Notes: generated by a model from the sequence alone, not told the origin. Counted from the stretch's first letter, positions 26,685 through 36,685 are shown. The stretch is 57,653 nucleotides of DNA from Terriglobia bacterium (GCA_041481485.1 JBGPBY010000003.1:1-57653), one strand, 5' to 3'. Numbers and translations are program-made.

Positions 26685-27518
26685 ATGGAAACCAAGACTT
26701 ATCGGTTGGGCTACCATCTCACGGTTTTTCTCGATGTTCAGGGCCAGCGAGAGAAGTTCAAGGAGCTGCGCCTGCCGAAATCGTCGGAGGAGCATGTCGC
26801 GGTTCAGGAAGTGTTGAAAGATACGGCTGGATTTGTAGTTGGCCTTCGCTCCGCATTTCGGAACAATTTCGAAGCTTTCGAGGCTGGGATTTCACGTAAA
26901 AAAGGCGTGAGCCTGCAGCCCAGGTTTGTTGGGTTTTCGGACTCGTTTGTCGTATCGGTGCCCCTCGCACCAGTGAATGGCGATATGGAGCCGATGGTCA
27001 GGATTTTCTCGGCTCTGTCCTCGGCCGCGACAATCATGATGACCGCCATGGCGAGCAAACATGCCGTTCGGGGTGGGATTGAAGTTGGGCTTGGAGTCGA
27101 AATTGGACCGGAGGAAATTTACGGTACGGCGCTGGGCGATGCGTATGAATTGGAATCAAAGCGTGCAGAGTATCCACGTGTCCTAATTGGGAAGACCTTT
27201 TGGGATTACCTCGGCGCAGCCGGGAAAGAATTCAGTAGCAGGAAATCGGACGCGTTATGCGCGATGGTGAAGAGAATCATTGCTTTGACGGCCATAGAGG
27301 GCGGGGAAAGATATCTCGATTATCTCGGTGACGTGATGGCGCGGCTTGCAAAGCCGGGAGAGGGGCAGATCATGGTGCAGCCGGGGTACGATTTCATCGT
27401 TAGTGAGCACGAGAGATTTGTTGCCGCAAAGAATGAGAAGTTGGCTGAGCGCTATCGGAAACTGAGAGACTACTACGAGTCTAGGCTGGCGCTTTGGGGC
27501 CTAACCAAGAAAAGTTAA
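26685..27518 (+). CDS. Class III nucleotidyl-cyclase-like protein
   Basis: VFLDVQG (first Asp), FSDS (second Asp), VRGGIEVG, IYGTALGDAYELESKRAEYPRVLI. Start is 26685 (AAGGA RBS) or 26586. Confidence 0.65.
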   Translation: METKTYRLGYHLTVFLDVQGQREKFKELRLPKSSEEHVAVQEVLKDTAGFVVGLRSAFRNNFEAFEAGISRKKGVSLQPRFVGFSDSFVVSVPLAPVNGDMEPMVRIFSALSSAATIMMTAMASKHAVRGGIEVGLGVEIGPEEIYGTALGDAYELESKRAEYPRVLIGKTFWDYLGAAGKEFSSRKSDALCAMVKRIIALTAIEGGERYLDYLGDVMARLAKPGEGQIMVQPGYDFIVSEHERFVAAKNEKLAERYRKLRDYYESRLALWGLTKKS

Positions 27519-27820
27519 GAACCCATTGTGCCCGATCAACCCTTCAGACACCCGCAGCCGCTCACCTATTTTGCAGGAAGCGAGTTGCTTTGGTGTTTTC
27601 GGAACTGCTCGAGGACCGCGATTCAGGTGCAGCGGTTCCAGTTTTGATTGTCGCGGATACACGTTTCCTAAATAGCGGACGTCGACTCACCTGAAGTCTT
27701 GACTCGCTCCCCGAGCGGCTGAAGAATTCGAAAATCCGTTAGTCCACCCGCCTCTTTGAGGGTTGTTGCACGGTGGAATTGACTCAATGCCATACAAAGC
27801 TGATATACTCCGCCGCGAAT

Positions 27821-28846
27821 ATGAGTGCCATTGACGAAGGACAAACTCCGAAAGAAGGAACAGCCAAGAACCGAGACCGATGGCTGATTGCCGCGTTGTG
27901 TATCTCGGGATTCATTCTCGTCTCTGCAGCACTGTATCTGGCACCACAGACCTCTTCTGAAGGCCACCAGAAATACTGGGAGATGGGAGCCCATCTCTTA
28001 CGAGACTTAGGAATTGCTCTCGTAGTCGCGTCTGCACTTGCGTTTGCCGTGGACGAATATTTGAAGGAAAAGCTTGTAAGCTCGGTTGCCAGAGAGGTTT
28101 CGCATCATGTCGCGAAGAATACTTCCAAATACGTATTCGGTTACCTTGTACCGGACGATCTAAAGGAGGAACTTCTTGAATTGATGCGGCCTGCTGCCTT
28201 GCGGCGCAATTTTAGGCTGCACCTTTCACTCGATTACCTAGGCGATAAGCATCCCAATTTTGTTCGAGTGACGACAAAAGTTAGCTTCATCTTGGAGAAT
28301 CTGAAGGATCAGGAACTCTCCTACCGTCATTCATTGAAGATGACGAGCATGTTTGCGGATATGGAAGCTCCCGAGATTGTGCGGTTCGCATGCCGAAAAG
28401 GATCTCGGGATGAATATAAGTATGATTATCGGGGCACGAATTCGATGCTAGCCGCAAACGATGAACGATTAACCGTATCCAGATCGTCAGACAACCGGGA
28501 ACTGATCGTGCGTCGCATAGTAACCATTCCCCCATTTTCGAAGGAATTTGAGTTTCGAACGGAGTCCAGCGAGATTATGGAGGTTCCCTATGCGGATGTA
28601 CTGAGTTTCACTTATGCGACCTCGATTGTCGAAGTGGAAGCACATTATCCCAAAGACATGGACGTGGTTATCGAATTTGGCAAAGGGAGAGCGGTTGAGA
28701 TATACACGGATCATCCCAGCCGTCCAACCATCTGGCGTTATACAGGTGTTTGCCTGGCTGGTCAGCACATAAAATATGATTTCAGGCGTAGAGCCGAGCT
28801 ATTACCTGGAACTGATTCTGAGCTTGCGGATCATTCACCCTCATAG
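27821..28846 (+). CDS. 2TM membrane protein with beta-rich C-terminal domain
   Basis: Two N-terminal hydrophobic helices (WLIAALCISGFILVSAALYL; LGIALVVASALAFAV); own promoter-like TTGACT...TGATATACT upstream. Confidence 0.75.
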   Translation: MSAIDEGQTPKEGTAKNRDRWLIAALCISGFILVSAALYLAPQTSSEGHQKYWEMGAHLLRDLGIALVVASALAFAVDEYLKEKLVSSVAREVSHHVAKNTSKYVFGYLVPDDLKEELLELMRPAALRRNFRLHLSLDYLGDKHPNFVRVTTKVSFILENLKDQELSYRHSLKMTSMFADMEAPEIVRFACRKGSRDEYKYDYRGTNSMLAANDERLTVSRSSDNRELIVRRIVTIPPFSKEFEFRTESSEIMEVPYADVLSFTYATSIVEVEAHYPKDMDVVIEFGKGRAVEIYTDHPSRPTIWRYTGVCLAGQHIKYDFRRRAELLPGTDSELADHSPS

Positions 28847-28983
28847 GGAATATCAAAGTTCTATTACACCTGACAGAGCTATATGTGTATGGAATAAAAT
28901 TGTTGGACCAACAGCCAAAGAATCCGTTGGTTCCAATTGCAACACTCGAACACTCCCAAAAGCAGAGGCAGCGCCATCCGGGT

Positions 28984-29010
28984 CGGCGGCGGTTTGGAAA
29001 ACCGCTGCCG
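28984..29010 (+). repeat. Dispersed hairpin, copy C
   Basis: CGGCGGCGGTTT-GGA-AAACCGCTGCCG, 12-bp stem with one G-T pair. Confidence 0.8.
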
Positions 29011-29043
29011 GTTTGCCGACGACGTAGAACGTGACCTCGGTCA

Positions 29044-29240
29044 TCACGGTAAGCGCAATAGCGATTTGTCGCCAAGCGCTGCCCGCCCAGCTAGAATATC
29101 CGCGTGACTAGAGAACGCTGGGCTCAGATAGGAATCACGGCTCAATTCCTCATCGTGGTAAGGACGCTCGGCGAGTTCTTCCGGCTCAGGCACGTCCATG
29201 GCACGAGCTTCTCGATCGCAGTCGCTGCGCCATATATTGG
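29044..29240 (+). repeat. ~197-bp direct repeat, copy 1
   Basis: Aligns by eye with 53961-54158, with scattered substitutions. Confidence 0.92.
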
Positions 29241-29379
29241 TGGCGCGTTAATAGCTGCATGCTTCTGCTGGGCAGGCGTGACATTGTACTTCTTCCGACG
29301 CTACACGCTGTCCGCCTGGATCGCGCTGGCGGCCGTAGTCATTCTGCTTGTGTACAAAATTACTGCAATTGGTTGGTGA
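29104..29379 (+). CDS. Small 3TM membrane protein
   Basis: 91 aa, hydrophobic; GTG 6 nt after TAGAAT (leaderless); its 5' part is duplicated near 54.0 kb. Confidence 0.75.
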   Translation: MTRERWAQIGITAQFLIVVRTLGEFFRLRHVHGTSFSIAVAAPYIGGALIAACFCWAGVTLYFFRRYTLSAWIALAAVVILLVYKITAIGW

Positions 29380-29721
29380 TGGCGGCTCGCTCTGACGTTT
29401 GAGTCGAGCTGCGGGCAAGCTCTTTCAGTCGGCGAGCGGAACCAGTAATACGAGCCTGTCGTGCCGAGACCCCATCCACAAGTATTCATATCGAGGCGTG
29501 GTTGGGAAAACCTCCACTCGGTCAGACCCTGGTGCAAATGGACCTGCGACGGTCTAGAGAAGCGTTGCGTTCAGGCGCTCTTTGAGGCGAGTGCCCGGAG
29601 ATTCTTGCCCGTACTCTCAAGACAGCTTTGTGCCCTCGCCGTTTCCGCTAGAGCTTGTTCAACGATTCGCGTAGCTTATTTTCTAGTCTAGGGGTGAAGG
29701 AGATAGCCGTTTCCGAGCGGC

Positions 29722-31116
29722 ATGCCGATCATGAGTCCCGCGATTCCAATGATACTGGCCGAAGTATCCGGTTCTCACGCGGACCCGGTAGTGCCGATCC
29801 TGCTGGCCTTGGTTCTCTTGACGCTGGCGGCGGTTTTCGGCGGACGCCTGATGACTCTGATCAAGCAGCCTCCCGTCCTCGGGGAATTGATAGTCGGGCT
29901 GTTGATTGGAAACCTGGCATATTGGTTCGGAAACCCGGGGATCACCGTGCTGCGCGAAGGCGACGCGCTTCGCAGGATCGCTGATCTCGCTCTGTCTTCC
30001 AACGTAAGCCTTTCCGAGGCTGCTTTGCGGCTGTTGCCCGCGGGATCGCACGCCGAGCGGGTTTCCGCGATTCTCGCGGGAACGAAGGGCCTCGACTATG
30101 TGGCCGTGTATTCGTTTGTGGACCTGCTCTCCCGCATTGCCATCCTGGTGCTGCTTTTCCTCGTTGGTCTCGAAACGAACATCCGCGAGATGAAGCGGGT
30201 GGGACGAACTGCTCTTTCCGTGGCAGTGATCGGAGTGCTGGCTCCGATGACCCTTGGGCTGGGCACGATGAAATTCCTGCACCCGGACTCGGCACTCGCG
30301 CGCGATCTCTTCATTGGCGGCATTCTGACCGCCACGAGCGTAGGCATCACGGCGCGGGTTCTCCGCGATTTGCGTCAGGACACAACGGATGAGGCACGCG
30401 TGATTCTGGGTGCAGCCGTCCTTGACGACGTGCTGAGTCTGATTGTTCTTGCCGTGGTTAGCGTCCTGGCTGTGACGGGCACGGTCAGCGTGTGGAGCAT
30501 CGGCTGGACTACCGCGAAGGCCGCCTTGTTTCTTGGAGGCTCGCTGTCGATTGGAATCTGGATCACTCCGTGGGTGGCACGCAGGCTCGCAAGCGCGGGA
30601 ATTCACAACGTGAAGCTGCTGACGGGGTGGATCTTCGCATTTTTTCTCGCCTGGCTGGCTAGCGGAGCGGGGCTTGCGGCCATCGTAGGAGCGTTTGCTG
30701 CGGGGGTGATTCTGAACGACATTTTTGACAAGGAAATGGAGGGCCTGTCGCTGCGGGAATTGCTGTCGCCGGTGGAATCGCTGATCGTGCCGCTGTTCTT
30801 CGTATGGATGGGCATTCAGGTGAAGCTCGAAGCCCTCGTGAGCAAGGACGTGTTGATCGCGGGAGCGGCACTGACGGTGGTGGCGATCGTCGGGAAGGTT
30901 CTGAGCGGCTTGGGATGTCCGAAGCGAATGAATCGTCTGGCCGTTGGGTTCGGCATGATGCCGCGCGGCGAAGTCGGTTTGATTTTCGCTGGCATCGGCA
31001 AAGGCATCGGGGTTGTGGATGACGGATTGTTTTCCGCGGTCATCCTGCTCGTTATGGTGACGACGCTGCTTACGCCGCTGGCCTTGCGGTGGACGCTGCT
31101 GCAAAAAGCGTCCTGA
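29722..31116 (+). CDS. Cation:proton antiporter (CPA2/NapA-like)
   Basis: PPVLGEL, LLFLVGLE, ATSVGIT, AAVLDDV, PRGEVG. Confidence 0.93.
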   Translation: MPIMSPAIPMILAEVSGSHADPVVPILLALVLLTLAAVFGGRLMTLIKQPPVLGELIVGLLIGNLAYWFGNPGITVLREGDALRRIADLALSSNVSLSEAALRLLPAGSHAERVSAILAGTKGLDYVAVYSFVDLLSRIAILVLLFLVGLETNIREMKRVGRTALSVAVIGVLAPMTLGLGTMKFLHPDSALARDLFIGGILTATSVGITARVLRDLRQDTTDEARVILGAAVLDDVLSLIVLAVVSVLAVTGTVSVWSIGWTTAKAALFLGGSLSIGIWITPWVARRLASAGIHNVKLLTGWIFAFFLAWLASGAGLAAIVGAFAAGVILNDIFDKEMEGLSLRELLSPVESLIVPLFFVWMGIQVKLEALVSKDVLIAGAALTVVAIVGKVLSGLGCPKRMNRLAVGFGMMPRGEVGLIFAGIGKGIGVVDDGLFSAVILLVMVTTLLTPLALRWTLLQKAS

Positions 31117-31122
31117 GAATGG

Positions 31123-31521
31123 TCAAACTCGACTCTTCGCAGGAATGGCATCGCGAAAAGCATTTTTCATCCGCGGAAGCAGGAGATAGGCGAGCAGTGC
31201 ACCAGAAATAACGAACCCCGTCGCACCTTGCGCGATACGGCCCAAGAAAAGATTGACGATATTTCCGAGAACCTGCGCGGCAATGAGAGCGACAGCCAGC
31301 CACCATCCCCAAAATCGCCGCCGGAACCAGCCGACACCTGCTGCAAATAGAGCCGCACTGAGCAAGAGGAACGGAATTCCGACCATCCAGCCGAGCGGCG
31401 CAAGGTTGCGGTGGGCGCGCGGATTCAAGGCCCACGCGCGATCGAGCGCTGTGCCCGGCCAGAGCAAGGTTATCCCGGCGAGGCTGGCCATCGCGGCTCC
31501 GAAGAAAAGGAAAACACCCAT
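31123..31521 (-). CDS. Hypothetical 4TM membrane protein
   Basis: Four hydrophobic segments, GWFRRRFWGWWL; start uncertain. Confidence 0.65.
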   Translation of the reverse strand: MGVFLFFGAAMASLAGITLLWPGTALDRAWALNPRAHRNLAPLGWMVGIPFLLLSAALFAAGVGWFRRRFWGWWLAVALIAAQVLGNIVNLFLGRIAQGATGFVISGALLAYLLLPRMKNAFRDAIPAKSRV

Positions 31522-31725
31522 TGCCGTCAGCCCGTGCGGGGAAGGCACTTGTGCGAAGCCGTTCGCGGAGGTCAAGCGCTGACTATACCGGAATTGTGGG
31601 GCGCAAAGAGGACTCCGGTGTTTCGGGAGGTTGACTCGCGCAGGGAATCCTCTGCTGCAGAACATTCTTGGCGCGATGGAAAAAAGAGAATCAACGCGTT
31701 GCCGCGAGCATTCTGTCCTGGCCGC

Positions 31726-32925
31726 TCACTCAAAACGCAGAGCATCCACCAAGTTGAGAAGCGAAGCGCGGCGTGCCGGATAGATTCCCGAGGCGACACC
31801 GACAAACAAAGAGGAACCGAGCGCCAGCGCGATCCCGGCGGGAAGGATGGGAACGCTCCAGCCGAACGCTTTGCCGGCAAGCGCGGACAGCAGGATGCCT
31901 CCGACGACACCGACGCACCCGCCCGCGGAACTCAGAATGGAGGATTCGAGCAGAAACTGGATCATGACGGATTTGCGCTTCGCGCCGATGGCGCGGCGGA
32001 TGCCGATCTCGCGCGTTCGTTCGGTCACGGCGACGAGCATGATGTTCATGATGCCGATGCCGCCGACGAAGAGCGATACCGCGGCCAGCGCGGTGAGCAG
32101 AAGCGTGACGATGGAGGAAACAGACTCGGAAGTCTGCATCAACTCCAGCTGCGTTTTGATTTCGAATCCGTTGCCGGGATGGCGGCGGTCGAGCAGCTTC
32201 TTCACCTGCGAAACGACCAGGGGAATCTGACTGGCGTCGCGCGCGGTGATGGCGATGACGCGGAGGTCGGTCGATCCGAGCAGCCTCTTTTGCAGAGCTG
32301 CGAGAGGAAGAAACACGCGGTCATCCGTGCTCATGCCCGGACCGAGGCCTGGGCCGTCGCCTTTCGATGCCAGTACGCCGACGACTTCGAAGTCCACACC
32401 GGAAATCAGGATTCGCTTTCCGATGGGTGTTACGCCGGGAAAGAGATACTGCGCGACCGTTGCGCCGAGGACAGCGGACTTGGCGGCGGTGGCGTCGTCT
32501 TCGTCGGAGAGAAAGCGCCCGCGCTGCAGCTGGGCCAGACGGACGCGCGCGTACGAAGCGGTGACTCCCATCACGAAGTTGTTGGCAAGCTGGTTCGAAC
32601 CGAAGCTGACGGCGAGCCGTGTTTCCTGCTGCGGCGAAACTTCGACGACCGCGGGACAGTTCTGCAGAATAGCGCGCGCGTCGGAGAGGTAAAGGGGAAT
32701 CGGCTGGCGGCCGACGCTTGGCGGCGGCCCGGAATTGACGGCCACGAGGTTCGAGCCGAGCGAGGCAATCTGATTCTCAATGGCAATGCGCGCGCCCGCG
32801 CCAACGCCCAGCGTGACCATGACGGTGAAGACGCCGACGATGATGCCGAGCATGGTCAGCAGTGCGCGCATCTTGTGCTTTCTCAAGCTGTCGAGCGATT
32901 CCGAAAAATAGTCGAGCGGGCGCAT
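31726..32925 (-). CDS. MacB/FtsX-type ABC permease
   Basis: RALLTMLGIIVG, GGIGIMNIMLVAVTERTREIGIRRAIGA, YPARRAS. Confidence 0.95.
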   Translation of the reverse strand: MRPLDYFSESLDSLRKHKMRALLTMLGIIVGVFTVMVTLGVGAGARIAIENQIASLGSNLVAVNSGPPPSVGRQPIPLYLSDARAILQNCPAVVEVSPQQETRLAVSFGSNQLANNFVMGVTASYARVRLAQLQRGRFLSDEDDATAAKSAVLGATVAQYLFPGVTPIGKRILISGVDFEVVGVLASKGDGPGLGPGMSTDDRVFLPLAALQKRLLGSTDLRVIAITARDASQIPLVVSQVKKLLDRRHPGNGFEIKTQLELMQTSESVSSIVTLLLTALAAVSLFVGGIGIMNIMLVAVTERTREIGIRRAIGAKRKSVMIQFLLESSILSSAGGCVGVVGGILLSALAGKAFGWSVPILPAGIALALGSSLFVGVASGIYPARRASLLNLVDALRFE

Positions 32926-32931
32926 GGAGCC

Positions 32932-34221
32932 TCAGGGGCTGAGAAGTCGCTGGAGAAAGTTTTTGGGCTTGGGTCCGGGAATTGCCGGAAGCGCTTGTGT
33001 CGCGGAGGCGGTCTTCCGCTCGAATTGAAGATCGGAAAGATCGGGGTTCGGTTGGAACTCGTTTTCCGTGACATTCGCAGTGAAGGAAAACTGGTCTGCA
33101 ACTTGAGGGTTGGCCGTCGCCAGGATGCGCGTTGGCTCGCCGATCTCGCCGCGAATGGCAACGGCGGAGGGCGTTTCTCCAAGAACCTGCACTTCCGTTT
33201 TCCTGAGATGCATTCGGTCCGGCGCGGAATCTTTCTCAACCGTGAAGAGGAAGGCGCGGCCTCCTTCCTTGAGGATGGAGGCCGGAGGAACCAGGAGCGC
33301 ATTCTTTGTAATGGTGCGGAACAGCATGATGTTCGAGGGCATGCCGATGCGAAATTCCTGCGCCGAGCGGGGAACGGAGAGAACGACACGATAGGTGGTC
33401 ACTCCGTTCATGACCGTCGGCTGGAGCGCGATAGTCTTCACCTTCCCTGAAAACACTATGCCCTGGAATGCGTCGAGGGTGAATTTCGCTTCCTGACCCG
33501 CGAAGACTCCGCCCATATCCACGGCGTTCACGTCGGCGTCCACTTCGAGCGAGCCTTCCTCGGCGATGGTCATGAGCGTATTCGTTGGTTTCGCGACTGC
33601 GGCGTTCGGTCCGAGGCCGGCGACCGCCGTGGCTGAACCCAGCATCTCGCCCTTGTGGACATAGAGAGCGATGACGACGCCGCGAATGGGAGAGAGGAGA
33701 TGCGCTCTGCTGATCTGCTCTTCCGCCATGGCCACGGCGCCGCGGTCGGCTTCGGTTTGGTGAAGAATCGATTTGTAGTTGGCTTCGGCAGTTTCCAAAT
33801 CCACTTGGGCAAGGACCTGCGCGGCGGCAAGAGACTGCGCGCGGTGCAGGGATGCCTCGGCCAGCGCGAGGCTGGCCTGATCTTTCTCGAGCGCCTGGCG
33901 CGCTTGGGCGAGAGCCGGTTCGAGGAGCCGGAGGTCCATGGTGGCGAGAGATTGATTCTCCTTAACGCGATCGCCTTCCTGCACGTCCAGTCCGGTGACG
34001 AGACTTTGCGTGTCGTACTTGATGTCCACGGTGCGGTGTGCCTGGACCGTTCCCGTGGCAGTGACAGCGGACAGGAGGTCGCCCGTGCGCACCTCGACGA
34101 TGGGCAGTTCGACGGTCGCTTCGCTCTGCGGCCAGTAGCGGAGCGACCCGAGCGCCACGAGCGGAAGGAGCACGATCGCGGCGAAGGGCCCCAGCCGCTT
34201 CGCTGGAGATTTGCGGCTCAT
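32932..34221 (-). CDS. Efflux periplasmic adaptor (MacA/HlyD-like)
   Basis: N-terminal TM, VTATGTV, lipoyl/hairpin region, SPIRGVV, LLVP. Confidence 0.9.
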   Translation of the reverse strand: MSRKSPAKRLGPFAAIVLLPLVALGSLRYWPQSEATVELPIVEVRTGDLLSAVTATGTVQAHRTVDIKYDTQSLVTGLDVQEGDRVKENQSLATMDLRLLEPALAQARQALEKDQASLALAEASLHRAQSLAAAQVLAQVDLETAEANYKSILHQTEADRGAVAMAEEQISRAHLLSPIRGVVIALYVHKGEMLGSATAVAGLGPNAAVAKPTNTLMTIAEEGSLEVDADVNAVDMGGVFAGQEAKFTLDAFQGIVFSGKVKTIALQPTVMNGVTTYRVVLSVPRSAQEFRIGMPSNIMLFRTITKNALLVPPASILKEGGRAFLFTVEKDSAPDRMHLRKTEVQVLGETPSAVAIRGEIGEPTRILATANPQVADQFSFTANVTENEFQPNPDLSDLQFERKTASATQALPAIPGPKPKNFLQRLLSP

Positions 34222-34547
34222 GTCTTTCGCGGATGCAGCGTCCGCAGATCTTCGAGCATGAGCAGAAACTGATTGCGGTCGAGTTCGCCCCGCGCGTAGC
34301 GCGCGCGGAGGATTTCCTCTGCTTGCGGCGTTTCCGATCCTGGACTCGCCGATGACTCGTGCTTGCGAACGGTGCGCATGAGCCAGGGCAAGGCGGTAAA
34401 GACGAGAACGACGACGACGGCAAGCGTGACTGCCTGGTCGAAGACCGGACCGAGGACGGGAACGAGAGGACCAGGTCCGAAAATCCCTGCTACATAGAGA
34501 AGGAGCAGAACGCCGAAACCGAGCGCGATGAGTTTAGCGGCAGCCAT
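34218..34547 (-). CDS. 2TM + SHOCT domain protein
   Basis: AEEILRARYARGELDRNQF; AAGGAG RBS. Confidence 0.85.
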   Translation of the reverse strand: MAAAKLIALGFGVLLLLYVAGIFGPGPLVPVLGPVFDQAVTLAVVVVLVFTALPWLMRTVRKHESSASPGSETPQAEEILRARYARGELDRNQFLLMLEDLRTLHPRKT

Positions 34548-34563
34548 GGGGGCACTCCTTCCA

Positions 34564-35139
34564 CTAGTTCTGCGGGGGTGGGGGCGGCGGCGGAGCACTG
34601 CCCGGCCCTGCAGGTCCAGCAGGCGCGGCGATGGTTTGACCATTCGCGGTAATGGAAATCGCGTCGAGTATGGTCTTTCCCGTCGCAGTCTGGCGCGGGT
34701 AGCCGGTGACAGCGATTTCCGACTTCAATCGCGTGATGGACTCGGTCTGGTAAGCGAACTCCGGCGGAAGATTCACCTGCATGTTGTTGGAAAGCACGAA
34801 GCCGGAGATTTCTCCTTCAGGTCCATAGTTGAATTGCCGGATCGTGGCGCGGACCGTGGACGCGGGAACTTCGGGATAGACAACCGCTCTCGGGGGCGGA
34901 GGCGCGTCGAGACCGCAAGCGGGAGGGGGTGGCGCGGGCCGGCGTCCTCGACGCGGAGGTGGAGGCGGCGGACCGTCGGGCGGCGGTGGTGCCGGCGCAC
35001 AGGCTGCAGGCGGCGGTGGTGGTGGTGCCGGTTCCTGCAGGGCGGCCTGTGGCGGACGAGCTGCGGCGGGTCGACAGCCGATGGTGAAGAGCCCAAGGGC
35101 AATCATTGCGGGTACGACGAACAGAAGTTTCGGTTTCAT
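34564..35139 (-). CDS. Proline-rich lipoprotein with OB-fold-like domain
   Basis: MKPKLLF...FTIGC lipobox, poly-Pro tracts, GEISGFVLSNNMQVNLPP. Confidence 0.75.
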   Translation of the reverse strand: MKPKLLFVVPAMIALGLFTIGCRPAAARPPQAALQEPAPPPPPPAACAPAPPPPDGPPPPPPRRGRRPAPPPPACGLDAPPPPRAVVYPEVPASTVRATIRQFNYGPEGEISGFVLSNNMQVNLPPEFAYQTESITRLKSEIAVTGYPRQTATGKTILDAISITANGQTIAAPAGPAGPGSAPPPPPPPQN

Positions 35140-35181
35140 GGGTTCGTTCCTTTTTTCCTTTTGGCTGGCGGACTCTCGAAC

Positions 35182-35197
35182 TGCATGCGGTTGACCA
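35182..35197 (-). promoter_or_regulatory. Sigma54 -24/-12 promoter candidate
   Basis: Minus strand TGGTCAACCGCATGCA (GG-N10-GC) upstream of the lipoprotein operon; a sigma54 activator is encoded nearby. Confidence 0.6.
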
Positions 35198-35410
35198 ATG
35201 CTGTGGAAAGTATTGAAGCGGGCTGCAAGTCGAACGGATTGCGGCGAGTACGGGGTAAAAAGGAAAAGCTGCTGGGACGGCGAAGGATTGCAATGAGGGC
35301 GGAAAGCGTACAAAGATCGTTCGCAAACCGTACGCGAAACCGTAAGGCATTAGTGAAAACACAGACGGATAGGATGGCGCTGCTCGTGCTTTGTCTAAGA
35401 CGCGAAGCCT

Positions 35411-36685
35411 ATGAGAAGCAGCGTGGAAACTTCCGAACAGAACAAGCAGAGCAGCTTGCGATCCCTCGAATGGCTGAACTTCTTTTTGGCCGACGTGCAA
35501 ACGGGACTGGGTCCGTTTGTCGCCGCTTATCTTGCTTCCTCCGGCTGGAACCCGGGCAGCGTTGGTTATGCGTTGACGTTCGGCGGGTTGCTCACCGTCG
35601 CGATGCAGACGCCGGCGGGAGCGGTTGTGGATGCGGCGCGCCGGAAACGCCTGCTTGTTCTAGTGAGTCTATCGGTGCTCGTGGCCGGCGCATTCCTGCT
35701 GATGGCCCGTCCGACCGTGCTCTCCGTCTATGCAGCGCAATTTTTGATTGGCGGAGCCGCGCCATTTCTTTTGCCGACAGTCGCCGCGATCACGCTGGGC
35801 ATCGTCGGCGCGAAGGCATTCGACAGGCAGTTCGGGAAAAACCAGGCGTTCAACTCCGCGGGGAACGTATTTACCGCGCTGCTTGTGGCGTACGTGAGCT
35901 ACAAGTTCGGCTATCGTGCGATCTTCATTGTTGCGGCTTTGCTCGCGATTCCGGCGGCGTTCTCCGTATTCGGAATTGACTCGAAACAGATCGATTACGC
36001 GCGCGCGCGCGGTGGCCGGACGGGGGACAAGGAACTCAAAGCCGAAGGAGTTCCGGCTTTGATGAAGGATCGCGTCCTTGTCTTTTTCTTGCTGGCTGCG
36101 TTTTTGTTTCACCTCGCGAACGCGGCCATGCTGCCGCAGCTAGGAGAGATGCTTTCGAAGGGAAATCCGAAAACCGCGGCTCCGTTCATGTCCGCGTGCA
36201 TCATCGTGACGCAACTGGTCATCGCCGTCTCCGCGGCGTGGATTGGCAGGCGTGCTGGAACCAAAGGACGAAAGCCCCTTCTGCTGCTGGGATTCGGAGC
36301 GCTGCCGGTTCGCGGTGTGTTGTACACGCTGACGCACGCGGCGGGAGCGTTGATCGCGATCCAAACGCTTGACGGCGTGGCGAATGCGATTTTCGGAATC
36401 GTCTCGATTTTGGTTATCAAAGACCGTACTGAGGGAACAGGAAGATTCAATCTGGCGGCGGGAGCACTGGCCACGATGGTCGGCATCGGCGCGGCGCTCA
36501 GCACGACGGTTGGAGGCGTGCTCATCCAGCGCGTGAATTACCAGGCTTCGTTCCTCGGTTTGGCGGCAATTGCTGCGGTCGCGCTTGGCCTTCTCTGGTG
36601 GTTCGTGCCCGAGACCTTGGCCGACACTCAAAAGGACATGGCGGTTCTTACGAAACGTGCCGCCGAGCTTTCCCCGCTCGCATGA
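35411..36685 (+). CDS. MFS transporter
   Basis: LNFFLADVQTGLGPF, FHLANAAMLP, GTGRFN; about 12 TM. Confidence 0.93.
   Translation: MRSSVETSEQNKQSSLRSLEWLNFFLADVQTGLGPFVAAYLASSGWNPGSVGYALTFGGLLTVAMQTPAGAVVDAARRKRLLVLVSLSVLVAGAFLLMARPTVLSVYAAQFLIGGAAPFLLPTVAAITLGIVGAKAFDRQFGKNQAFNSAGNVFTALLVAYVSYKFGYRAIFIVAALLAIPAAFSVFGIDSKQIDYARARGGRTGDKELKAEGVPALMKDRVLVFFLLAAFLFHLANAAMLPQLGEMLSKGNPKTAAPFMSACIIVTQLVIAVSAAWIGRRAGTKGRKPLLLLGFGALPVRGVLYTLTHAAGALIAIQTLDGVANAIFGIVSILVIKDRTEGTGRFNLAAGALATMVGIGAALSTTVGGVLIQRVNYQASFLGLAAIAAVALGLLWWFVPETLADTQKDMAVLTKRAAELSPLA

Noticed and set aside
31411-33450. 679-aa plus-strand ORF
   Set aside because: Antisense shadow of the well-supported permease and adaptor genes; no recognisable motifs.
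34880-35040. GGC/GGT-rich repetitive stretch
   Set aside because: Explained by poly-Pro coding in the minus-strand lipoprotein.
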